This document shows, in pieces, positions 6,785-13,971 of a stretch of DNA of 19,329 nt. Origin of the DNA: Candidatus Geohabitans tengchongensis (GTDB taxonomy: Bacteria; Sysuimicrobiota; Sysuimicrobiia; Sysuimicrobiales; Humicultoraceae). The DNA lies in the NCBI GenBank assembly GCA_031459625.1, contig JAVKIH010000036.1:1-19329 (forward strand), read 5' to 3'. Positions within the stretch are counted from its first letter, which is position 1. Each line of letters opens with the position of its first letter. Both the position numbers and the translations under genes were made by a program. Below the pieces are notes generated by a model. The model did no database searches, was not told the DNA's origin, and worked only from the letters and a program-made list of their open reading frames with translations.

Positions 6785-7177
6785 CTACTCCTCCTCGTCC
6801 TCCGGGTCCTCGTCCTCCTCGTCGAACGCCTCCTCGTCTTCGTCTTCGAGGTCTTCCAGGTCGTCCTCCAGGTCCTCGTCCTCGAGGTCTTCCTCGTCCT
6901 CGAGGTCTTCGTCGTCTTCGTCCTCGAGGTCGACGATGTCCTCGTCCTCTTCGAGGTCCTCGAGGGCGGCGGCCACGCGGTTGAACTCCTCCTCGTCCTC
7001 GAGGACGGAGAGGGTCTCGTCGTCCTCCACCCGGAAGATCACCGCCTCGTCGCCCCCCTCGGTGGGCTGGAGGACCGCGTAGCGACGCGACTCGACCTCG
7101 ATGACGTCCACGACGTTGAACTCGTGCTCGTTGCCCTGGTCGTCGACCAGGCTGATCGTCTCCCGCTTCGTGCCCAC
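6785..7177 (-). CDS. DUF1292 (YrzB-like) protein with long acidic tail
   Basis: TISLVDDQGNEHEFNVVDVIEVESRRYAVLQP...AVIFRVE...LEDEEEFNRV. It has its own GTG at 7177 with SD GGAGG 8 nt upstream and lies between ruvX and mltG, as in Bacillota. Confidence 0.85.
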   Translation of the reverse strand: MGTKRETISLVDDQGNEHEFNVVDVIEVESRRYAVLQPTEGGDEAVIFRVEDDETLSVLEDEEEFNRVAAALEDLEEDEDIVDLEDEDDEDLEDEEDLEDEDLEDDLEDLEDEDEEAFDEEDEDPEDEEE

Positions 7178-7765
7178 TCCCGCCACCTCCGGCCTCGCAC
7201 GGCCAACGGAGTCTAGCACAGTTTCTTTCCCACCGACAAGGAAGGCGCTGGGGCCCACCGACGAGGAACGCCCCGGGGACGACCGCGTGGCCGGGCCGGG
7301 CGGGTCGGCCCCCGGCGCCCCCGCGGCGCGGCGGCGGTCCAGGTAGGTCTGCAGGATGAGGGCCGCCGCCACCGCGTCGCGCGTGGCCCGGCGGCGGGCG
7401 CGCGACGCCCCGCCGGCCAGGAGGGCGCGCTCCGCCGCGGCGGTGCTGAGGCGCTCGTCCACCCGCTCCACCGGCACCGGCACCCGGGCCTGCAGCGCGC
7501 GCACGAAGCGTGCGGCTGCTGCGGCCTGCCGGCCGGCGCGTCCCGCCAGCGTCCGCGGCTCGCCGACCACCACGCGCGCCACCCCGTGGGCGGCCACCAG
7601 GGCGGCCACGTGCTCCAGCGTCTCCCGCAGCCCGCGCCGCTCGATGACCCCGTGCGGTTGCGCAATCACGCCGCCGGGGTCGCTGAGGGCGACGCCGATG
7701 CGGCGCGTCCCCAGGTCCAGCGCGAGCACACGGCCGGTCGGCGCCTCCCGCTGCCCACGCCCCAC
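6785..7765 (-). CDS. ruvX: Holliday junction resolvase RuvX/YqgF (domain about 7330-7765); no stop of its own, open in frame into DUF1292
   Basis: RVLALDLGTRRIGVALSDP, VVVGEP, VDERLST and DAVAAALILQTYLD; the ORF stays open to TAG 6785. Confidence 0.9.
   Translation of the reverse strand: MGRGQREAPTGRVLALDLGTRRIGVALSDPGGVIAQPHGVIERRGLRETLEHVAALVAAHGVARVVVGEPRTLAGRAGRQAAAAARFVRALQARVPVPVERVDERLSTAAAERALLAGGASRARRRATRDAVAAALILQTYLDRRRAAGAPGADPPGPATRSSPGRSSSVGPSAFLVGGKETVLDSVGRARPEVAGVGTKRETISLVDDQGNEHEFNVVDVIEVESRRYAVLQPTEGGDEAVIFRVEDDETLSVLEDEEEFNRVAAALEDLEEDEDIVDLEDEDDEDLEDEEDLEDEDLEDDLEDLEDEDEEAFDEEDEDPEDEEE
6788..6965 (-). repeat. Low-complexity acidic repeat (DLED/DEED units)
   Basis: Repeated GACCTCGAGGAC/GAC-GAG codon units encoding about 55 residues that are mostly Asp and Glu. 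Confidence 0.75.
7210..7239 (-). promoter_or_regulatory. Sigma70-type promoter with extended -10, upstream of DUF1292-mltG
   Basis: TTGTCG-N18-TAGACT with a TGn extension (TGC-TAGACT) in a locally AT-rich patch, 32 nt upstream of the DUF1292 GTG. Confidence 0.6.
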
Positions 7766-7771
7766 GGGCGC

Positions 7772-10411
7772 CTACCGCCCCGCCGGGGCGAGGGCGGCGC
7801 GCACCGCGTCGGGAACGCTCCCGAGCGCCGCCTCCACCCGCGCCACGTCCCGCCCGCCGGCCTGGGCCAGCTCGGCCCGGCCGCCGCCGCTCCCGCCGAG
7901 GACTGCCGCGGCGTGGCGGGCCAGCGCGTCCGCCTGCAGCCCGCGGGCCACCAGGTCCGGCGTGACCATGGCCACCATGGCCACCTTCTCGTTCACCACC
8001 GAGGCCAGCACGACCACCCCCGACCCCAACCGGGCCCGCACCTCGTCGCCGACGCGGCGCAGGGCGTCGTGCCCCAACCCGTCCACGCGTGCGGTCAGGA
8101 CGCGCACGCCCTCCACCTCCCGCACCGCCCCGAGCAGCCGCTCCACGTCGGCGGCCGGGCGCGCGCCCCGTTCCTGCTCGAGCTGGCGGACCTGCTCCAG
8201 CAGCCGGCGCACCCGGGCGGGGACTTCGGCCGGCGCCACCCGCAGCGCCTCGGCGGCCTCGCGCAGCTGCGCCTCCAGCCGCTCCACGTAGGCGTGCGCA
8301 CCGCGCCCGGTGACCGCCTCGATGCGTCGGATCCCCGCAGCGGCACTCCCCTCGGCCACGATCTTGAAGAGCCCGATGTCGCTCGTCAGCGGGACGTGGG
8401 TGCCGCCGCACAGCTCGCGGCTGTACCCGGCGATCTCCACCATGCGGACGCGCTCGCCGTACTTCTCCCCGAAGAGCGCCATCGCCCCGCGCGCCAGGGC
8501 CTCGTCATAGGGCAGCCAGCGCGCCCGCACGGGAAGGGCCTCCAGGATCTTCTCGTTCACGCGCCGCTCCACCGCCGCCCGCTCCTCCGGGGTCAGGGCG
8601 GCCAGGTGGGTGAAGTCGAAGCGCAGGCGGTCGGGAGCCACCAGGGAGCCGGCCTGGCGGGCGTGCTCCCCCACGATCTCGTGGAGGGCACGGTGGAGCA
8701 GATGGGTGGCGGTGTGGTTGCGCATGGTGTCGCGGCGGGCCACGGCGTCGACCGCCGCGCGCACCTGCTGCCCCACGCGCACCGTCCCCCGCCCCACCCG
8801 GCCGCGGTGGAGGATGACGCTGCCGACCCGCTGGGTGTCCTCGAGGACGACCTCCACCCCCTGCGCCTGCAGGCGGCCACGGTCCCCCACCTGGCCGCCA
8901 CCCTCGGGGTAGAAAGGCGTGCGGTCCAGGACCACGTCCACCGCCGCGCCCTCGCCGGCCGCCTCGACCCGCCGCCCCTCCTGCAGGACGGCGAGGACGG
9001 TGGCCCGGCCGACCAGCCGGGCGTACCCGGTGAAGGTGGTGGGCGGCAGGTCGGCCAGGTCCGCGGCCCGCACCTCCTCCCCGGCGGCGGTGCCGGCCGC
9101 GGCGCGAGCCCGCTCCCGCTGGCGCGCCATCGCCGCCTGGAAGCCGGCCTCGTCCACCTGGAGGCCGTGCTCGCGGGCCACGTCGCGCGTCATCTCCAGG
9201 GGGAAGCCGAAGGTGTCGTAGAGGCGGAAGGCCGCCTCGCCGGGGATGACCCGCTCGCCGCGGCGGCGCACCTCGGCCATCGTCTCCGCCAGCCGGGCCA
9301 GCCCCGCCGCCAGCGTCTGCCCGAAGCGCTCCTCCTCGGCCAGGATGGTGCGGCGGATGAGGGCGCGCCGCTCGACCAGCTCGGGGTAGACCTCGCCCAT
9401 GGCCTCCACCACGGTGTCGGCGACCTCGTGCAGGAAGGGCCGCTCGAGCCCCGCGCGCCGCCCGAAGCGGATGGCCCGGCGCATGATCATCCGCAGCACA
9501 TAGGGGCGGCCCTCGTTCCCCGGCATCACCCCGTCGGCGATGAGGAAGGCCGCGGCGCGGGCGTGGTCGGCGATGACCCGGTAGGCCACGATCTCCCGGG
9601 CGCGGGCGGCGTCGTCGTGGCCCAGCAGCGCCTGGATGCGGGCCATGAGCGGGGTGAAGAGGTCGGTGTCGAAGTTGGTGGGGGCCTGCTGCAGCACCGC
9701 CACCATGCGCTCCAGCCCCATGCCCGTATCCACCCCGGGCCGGGGCAGGGGCGTCCGGGTGCCGTCAGCGGCCTGGTCGTACTGCATGAAGACCAGGTTC
9801 CAGATCTCCAGCCAGCGGCCGCAGTCGTTGTCCAGGGCCACGCTGCAGTCGGGGCGCCGGCAGGTGCAGGCCTGGGGCCCCCAGTCGTAGTGGACCTCGG
9901 AGGTGGGGCCCACCGGGCCGACCGGGCCCATCATCCAGAAGTTGGTCTTCTCCCCCATGCGCAGGACGCGCTCCGGCGGCACGCCGAGCGCCCGCCAGGC
10001 CTGGTAGGCCTCCTCGTCGGTGGCGAAGACGGTGAAGACCAGGCGGTCGGGGCTCACCCCGTACCCCTCGGTCATCAGCTCCCAGGCGTAGCGGATCGCC
10101 TCCCGCTTGAAGTAGGCGCCAAAGGCGAAGTTGCCGAGCATCTGGAAGAAGGTGTGGTGGCGCGGGGAGGGCCCGACCGTCTCCAGGTCGTTGTGGTGGC
10201 CGGAGACGCGCAGGACCTTCTGCAGGGTCACCGCCCGGTCGTACGGACGGCGCTCCAGCCCCAGGAAGACGTTCTTGAACTGCACCATCCCGGCGTTGGT
10301 GAAGAGCAGCGTGGGGTCCTCCGCCGGGACCAGCGACGAGCTCGGGACCACGGTGTGCCCGCGGGCGGCGAAGAAGTCGAGGAAGGTGCGGGCGACCTCT
10401 GTCCACCTCAT
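7772..10411 (-). CDS. alaS: Alanine--tRNA ligase
   Basis: DPTLLFTNAGMVQFK, HHTFFQMLGNF, LEIWNLVFMQY, DTGMGLER, editing motifs NHTATHLLH and ELCGGTH, and GGSGGG C-Ala. ATG 10411 overlaps the upstream stop (ATGA). Confidence 0.98.
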   Translation of the reverse strand: MRWTEVARTFLDFFAARGHTVVPSSSLVPAEDPTLLFTNAGMVQFKNVFLGLERRPYDRAVTLQKVLRVSGHHNDLETVGPSPRHHTFFQMLGNFAFGAYFKREAIRYAWELMTEGYGVSPDRLVFTVFATDEEAYQAWRALGVPPERVLRMGEKTNFWMMGPVGPVGPTSEVHYDWGPQACTCRRPDCSVALDNDCGRWLEIWNLVFMQYDQAADGTRTPLPRPGVDTGMGLERMVAVLQQAPTNFDTDLFTPLMARIQALLGHDDAARAREIVAYRVIADHARAAAFLIADGVMPGNEGRPYVLRMIMRRAIRFGRRAGLERPFLHEVADTVVEAMGEVYPELVERRALIRRTILAEEERFGQTLAAGLARLAETMAEVRRRGERVIPGEAAFRLYDTFGFPLEMTRDVAREHGLQVDEAGFQAAMARQRERARAAAGTAAGEEVRAADLADLPPTTFTGYARLVGRATVLAVLQEGRRVEAAGEGAAVDVVLDRTPFYPEGGGQVGDRGRLQAQGVEVVLEDTQRVGSVILHRGRVGRGTVRVGQQVRAAVDAVARRDTMRNHTATHLLHRALHEIVGEHARQAGSLVAPDRLRFDFTHLAALTPEERAAVERRVNEKILEALPVRARWLPYDEALARGAMALFGEKYGERVRMVEIAGYSRELCGGTHVPLTSDIGLFKIVAEGSAAAGIRRIEAVTGRGAHAYVERLEAQLREAAEALRVAPAEVPARVRRLLEQVRQLEQERGARPAADVERLLGAVREVEGVRVLTARVDGLGHDALRRVGDEVRARLGSGVVVLASVVNEKVAMVAMVTPDLVARGLQADALARHAAAVLGGSGGGRAELAQAGGRDVARVEAALGSVPDAVRAALAPAGR

Positions 10412-11688
10412 GACGCCGCGCCCTCCAGCACCTCGCCGAGCAGCCCCTCCGCCGCCGCGCACGCCTCGCCCATGGCCTCCACGGCCCGGTCCACCTGGGC
10501 GTCGGTGACGATGAGCGGCGGGGCGAAGCGGATCACCTCCTGGCGGTTGAGGGCGAAGACGCCCAGCACCTGCCGCTCCACCAGCCCCATGTTCACCAGC
10601 AACCCGACGTCGCTGTGGACGAACTCCACCCCCACGAGCGCCCCGCGCCCGCGCACCTCGCGGATGAGCCGGGGGTGGCGGTGCTGCACCTCACGCAGCC
10701 CGCCGAGCAACCGCTCCCCGATGGCCAGCGCCCGCTCCAGCAACCCCTCCGCCTGGATGGTGCGGATGGTGGCGATGGCCGCCGCCCAGGCCAGGCGGTT
10801 CATGATCGTCGTGGAGTGCAGTACCGGGTTGGGGTGGCGGGCCAGCGCGTCGAAGGCCCGGGGCCGCGCGATGAAGGCCCCCAGTGGCGCCACGCCGCCG
10901 CCGAGGCCCTTGGCCGCGGTGAGGATGTCCGGCGTCACCCCCTCCCACTCGCACGCCCACAGCCGCCCGGTGTGCCCCATCCCCGTCTGGACCTCGTCCA
11001 GGATGAGGAGGGCCCCGTGCCGGTCACACGCCGCGCGGGCGCCGCGCAGGTAGCCGTCCGGCGGCACCACGATGCCATTCTCCCCCTGGATGGGTTCCAG
11101 GATGACCGCGGCCGTGGTGTCGTCCACCGCCGCCTCCAGCGCCGCCAGGTCTCCGAAGGGGACGTGCCGCACCTCGGGCAGCAGCGGCCGGAACGGGTCG
11201 CGGAAGACGTCGCGGCCGGAGACACTGAGCGAGCCGAAGGTCTTCCCGTGGAAGGCGCCTTCGGCGGCCACGAAGCCCGGCCGGCCGGTGGCCAGGCGCG
11301 CCAGCTTGAGCGCCCCCTCGTTGGCCTCGGTGCCGCTGTGACAGAAGAAGGTGTACTGCAGGTCGCCCGGGGTGACCTGGGCCAGCAGTTCGGCCAGCTC
11401 TCCGGCGAGGCCGTCCAGCGGGACGCGCGGCGACAGCGGCAGGCGGTGCAGCTCCCGCTCCACGGCCGCCACCACCGCGGGGTGGCGGTGCCCCAGGACG
11501 AAGACGGCGATGCCTGCGGCGAAGTCCAGGTACTCGCGGCCGTAGATGTCGCGCACCACCGCCCCGTCGGCCTCCACGGCCAACGTCTCCAGGCCGGCCA
11601 GGCGGATCAGCCGGGCGAAACTGGGGTGGATGTAGCGCTCGTAGCGCTCGAAGGCCCGCAGGACCTCGGCCTCACGCGGGTCGGTCAC
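10408..11688 (-). CDS. Class III PLP-dependent aminotransferase (putrescine/acetylornithine aminotransferase-like)
   Basis: YLDFAAG, LGHRHP, FFCHSGTEANEGALKLAR, FHGKT, AVILEPIQGENG, LILDEVQTGMG, AKGLGGG and IRFAPPL; GTG 11688 with SD GGAG. Confidence 0.92.
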   Translation of the reverse strand: MTDPREAEVLRAFERYERYIHPSFARLIRLAGLETLAVEADGAVVRDIYGREYLDFAAGIAVFVLGHRHPAVVAAVERELHRLPLSPRVPLDGLAGELAELLAQVTPGDLQYTFFCHSGTEANEGALKLARLATGRPGFVAAEGAFHGKTFGSLSVSGRDVFRDPFRPLLPEVRHVPFGDLAALEAAVDDTTAAVILEPIQGENGIVVPPDGYLRGARAACDRHGALLILDEVQTGMGHTGRLWACEWEGVTPDILTAAKGLGGGVAPLGAFIARPRAFDALARHPNPVLHSTTIMNRLAWAAAIATIRTIQAEGLLERALAIGERLLGGLREVQHRHPRLIREVRGRGALVGVEFVHSDVGLLVNMGLVERQVLGVFALNRQEVIRFAPPLIVTDAQVDRAVEAMGEACAAAEGLLGEVLEGAAS

Positions 11689-11702
11689 CGCTCCCACTCC
11701 CT

Positions 11703-12251
11703 TCAGGCCACCTGCCCGGCCGCCAGGCGGTCGCGGGCCCGCCGCACGATCTCCCGCGTCTCCTTGTAGCGGATGCGCGCCATCGCCTCGTCGACCGGCA
11801 CCCACTCCGCGGCCACGAACCCCTCCTCGCGCTGCGGGCGCGGCTCCTCCCCGCCGAGGAACTCGAGCAGGTAGTAGTGCACGGTCTTCTGGTAGAGGAC
11901 CCCTTCGGCCCGCCAGTAGAAGGTATAGCGCTCTTCGCCCAGGTCCGCAGCCACGCGCACGTTCCCCAGGCCAGTCTCCTCGCGCACCTCCCGCAGCGCC
12001 ACCGCCTCCGGGGTCTCCCCCCGCTCGATGGTCCCCTTGGGGAGCATCCACTTGCCGCTCTCGTGGCGCAGGAGCAGGACCTCGGGACCGGCGGGACCGC
12101 GACGGAAGACGACACCGCCGGCGCTGCGGGCGTACTTGACCGGCCGGCCGCGGCCCGGCGGCCGGGAGGGTGCGGAGGGGCGGGCCGGCCGCCCCCGCGG
12201 ACGTCCCTCCGGCCCTGCGCCCTCGGAGGGTCGGCCCTGGCGCGACGCCAT
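11703..12251 (-). CDS. Nudix hydrolase (Ap4A hydrolase-like)
   Basis: SAGGVV, WMLPKG, Nudix box GTIERGETPEAVALREVREETG and KTVHYYL; Arg/Pro/Gly-rich N-terminal extension. Confidence 0.88.
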   Translation of the reverse strand: MASRQGRPSEGAGPEGRPRGRPARPSAPSRPPGRGRPVKYARSAGGVVFRRGPAGPEVLLLRHESGKWMLPKGTIERGETPEAVALREVREETGLGNVRVAADLGEERYTFYWRAEGVLYQKTVHYYLLEFLGGEEPRPQREEGFVAAEWVPVDEAMARIRYKETREIVRRARDRLAAGQVA

Positions 12252-12327
12252 GGTCGGGTCGGCGCTCCTCGTCGCCGCGGTGGGGGCGATGGCCGCTCAG
12301 CGGGCCCGGGCGGCGCTCCCGGCGGCT

Positions 12328-12495
12328 CTAGCGCCGCTTCCGCCGGGCCAGCTTCCGCCGGCGCTTCTGGCTGGGCTTCTCGTAGTGTTCGTGCCGCTTC
12401 GCCTCGGTGAGGATGCCCGACCGCTTGACCTGCCGCTTGAACCGCCGGAGGGCGCTGTCCAGGGTCTCATCCTTGCCCACGCGCACTTCCGCCAT
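12328..12495 (-). CDS. rpsU: 30S ribosomal protein S21
   Basis: [60 protein letters not shown] upstream. Confidence 0.97.
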   Translation of the reverse strand: MAEVRVGKDETLDSALRRFKRQVKRSGILTEAKRHEHYEKPSQKRRRKLARRKRR

Positions 12496-12640
12496 CCTGT
12501 CCACCCCCTTTCCAGCACCCCGCCCGGCCGCGCAGGCATCGCAGCGGTCCTGATGACGCCCGGCCGGCCCGGGTCGATGCCGCCGGCGTCGCGGCGCCGG
12601 CGGGCGTCGGCAGCCCCTGCCGGGCGCCGTGCCTGTCCTC

Positions 12641-12646
12641 ATGATA
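12641..12646 (-). promoter_or_regulatory. Possible -10 element (TATCAT) for rpsU
   Basis: AT-rich TATCAT just after the upstream gene's stop; no convincing -35. Confidence 0.3.
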
Positions 12647-12651
12647 CACGA

Positions 12652-13893
12652 CTACTCCCAGCGACGCTCGTCCGCCACCAGCGGGGCGTCCGCCGGCAGC
12701 GAGCGCGGGGGCAGCACCTCCACCTCGACGCGCAGGCGGACCGCCTCGCGCAGCACAGCGGCGACCCGCCCGGGGTCCACCGGCGTCCCCGCGGGTTCCA
12801 CGCGCGCGGTGAGCCGGTCCTGGTGCCCTTCCCGCGTGACGCGCAGCTGCAGGCGGGCCACCTCGGGCAGGCGCTCGAGCGCCCGCCGCACGTCGTTGGG
12901 GTGGACGAACATACCGCGCACCTTCACCGCCTCACCCACCCGTCCCAGCACGCCCCGCAGCCGCGGGCTGCCCCGCCCGCAAGGACACGGTGCGGGCTCC
13001 AGGACGGAGAGGTCGCCCGTGGCCAACCGCAGCAACGGGTAGGTCTCGCTGAGGAAGGTCACGACCACCTCGCCGGCGCTGCCGGCCGGCAGCGGCGTCC
13101 CCGTGTGCGGGTCGACGACTTCGACGTAGACCCGCGGGGAGAGGTGCAGGCCCCGGGCGGCTTCGCACTCGTAGGCGATCAGGCCCACGTCGGCGGTGGC
13201 GTAGGCCTGGCTCACCCGCACCCCCTGCCCGCCGAGCTCCCGCCGCAGCCCGTCTGCCAGCACCTCGCCCGAGACCAGGGCCACGCGGAAGGGCGGACGG
13301 TGGCGCTGCGCCAGCAGTGTCGCCAGGAAAGAGGGTGTGCCGACATAGCCCCGCGCCCCCAGCCGGGCGGCCACCTGCGCCTGCAGCTCGCTCTGGCCGC
13401 CCCCTCCGGGGACGACCACGCACCCGAGCGCCTCCAGCCCCTCGTCGACCATGTGGCCGGCGGGCGTCAGGTGGTAGGCGAAGGTGTTGAGGACCACGTC
13501 CCCGCGGCGGAACCCGGCGGCGTGCAGCGCCCGGGCGAACCCCCAGGCATCCGGTCCGTGGGGCTGGGGATCGTAGATGGGCCCGGGGGAGACGAAGACG
13601 CGGCGCAACGCCGCCAGCGGCACCGCCGTCCAGCCGCCGAAGGGCGGGCGGTCGGCCTGCAGGGTGGGCAGCGCCTCCTTGCGCAGCAGCGGGAGGCGGG
13701 CCAGGTCCTCCGGCCAGCGGCGTCCCGCCAGCCCCCCCGCAGCCTCCACCGCCGCCCGCCCGGCCGGCGTGGCCTCCCAGGCGCGCCGCACCGTCTCCTC
13801 CACGCGCGCCGCCGCCCAGCGGGCCCAGGCCTCGGGGGAGAGCGCCTCCCAGGCGTCGTACCGCTCCTCCACGCCAGCACCTATTCGCGCCAC
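12652..13893 (-). CDS. Phenylacetate--CoA ligase (PaaK) family adenylate-forming enzyme
   Basis: LARLPLLRK, RVFVSPGPIYDP, NTFAYHLTPAG, YVGTPSFL, QAYATADVG, YPLLRLATGD and GRVGEAVKVRGMFVHP. Start is 13893 or GTG 13872 (AGGTG SD). Confidence 0.88.
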   Translation of the reverse strand: MARIGAGVEERYDAWEALSPEAWARWAAARVEETVRRAWEATPAGRAAVEAAGGLAGRRWPEDLARLPLLRKEALPTLQADRPPFGGWTAVPLAALRRVFVSPGPIYDPQPHGPDAWGFARALHAAGFRRGDVVLNTFAYHLTPAGHMVDEGLEALGCVVVPGGGGQSELQAQVAARLGARGYVGTPSFLATLLAQRHRPPFRVALVSGEVLADGLRRELGGQGVRVSQAYATADVGLIAYECEAARGLHLSPRVYVEVVDPHTGTPLPAGSAGEVVVTFLSETYPLLRLATGDLSVLEPAPCPCGRGSPRLRGVLGRVGEAVKVRGMFVHPNDVRRALERLPEVARLQLRVTREGHQDRLTARVEPAGTPVDPGRVAAVLREAVRLRVEVEVLPPRSLPADAPLVADERRWE

Positions 13894-13971
13894 GCCGCCG
13901 CGGCCCTACGCGCCGCCGCCCTCCGCGTCGGGCGGGAGGAGCACCTCCGCCGGGGGCCGTATCTTGTGCCC

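Noticed and set aside
6788..6965. Repeats as a CRISPR array or VNTR
   Set aside because: Irregular codon-level repeats inside a coding acidic tail; no repeat-spacer periodicity and no cas genes.
7586..11053. 1155-aa plus-strand ORF and similar long ORFs (556-2463, 3806-5194, 6315-8411, 14802-16688)
   Set aside because: Antisense or alternate-frame shadows of well-supported genes, as expected in very GC-rich DNA; no motifs.
12545..12562. CTGATGACGCC resembling the 3' end of a fluoride riboswitch
   Set aside because: There is no GGCGATGG...CGCC 5' element at the right distance, and it is antisense to the local genes.
12535..12581. Hammerhead-ribozyme-like core on the plus strand (GGCATC...CTGATGA-stem-CGATGCC)
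   Set aside because: The essential GAAA is missing (only GA) and no stem I can form.
12028..13965. N-terminal 640 aa of the 933-aa plus-strand ORF as a giant ABC ATPase fusion
   Set aside because: It overlaps the Nudix, rpsU and PaaK-like genes on the opposite strand; only the part from about 13970 looks like a protein.
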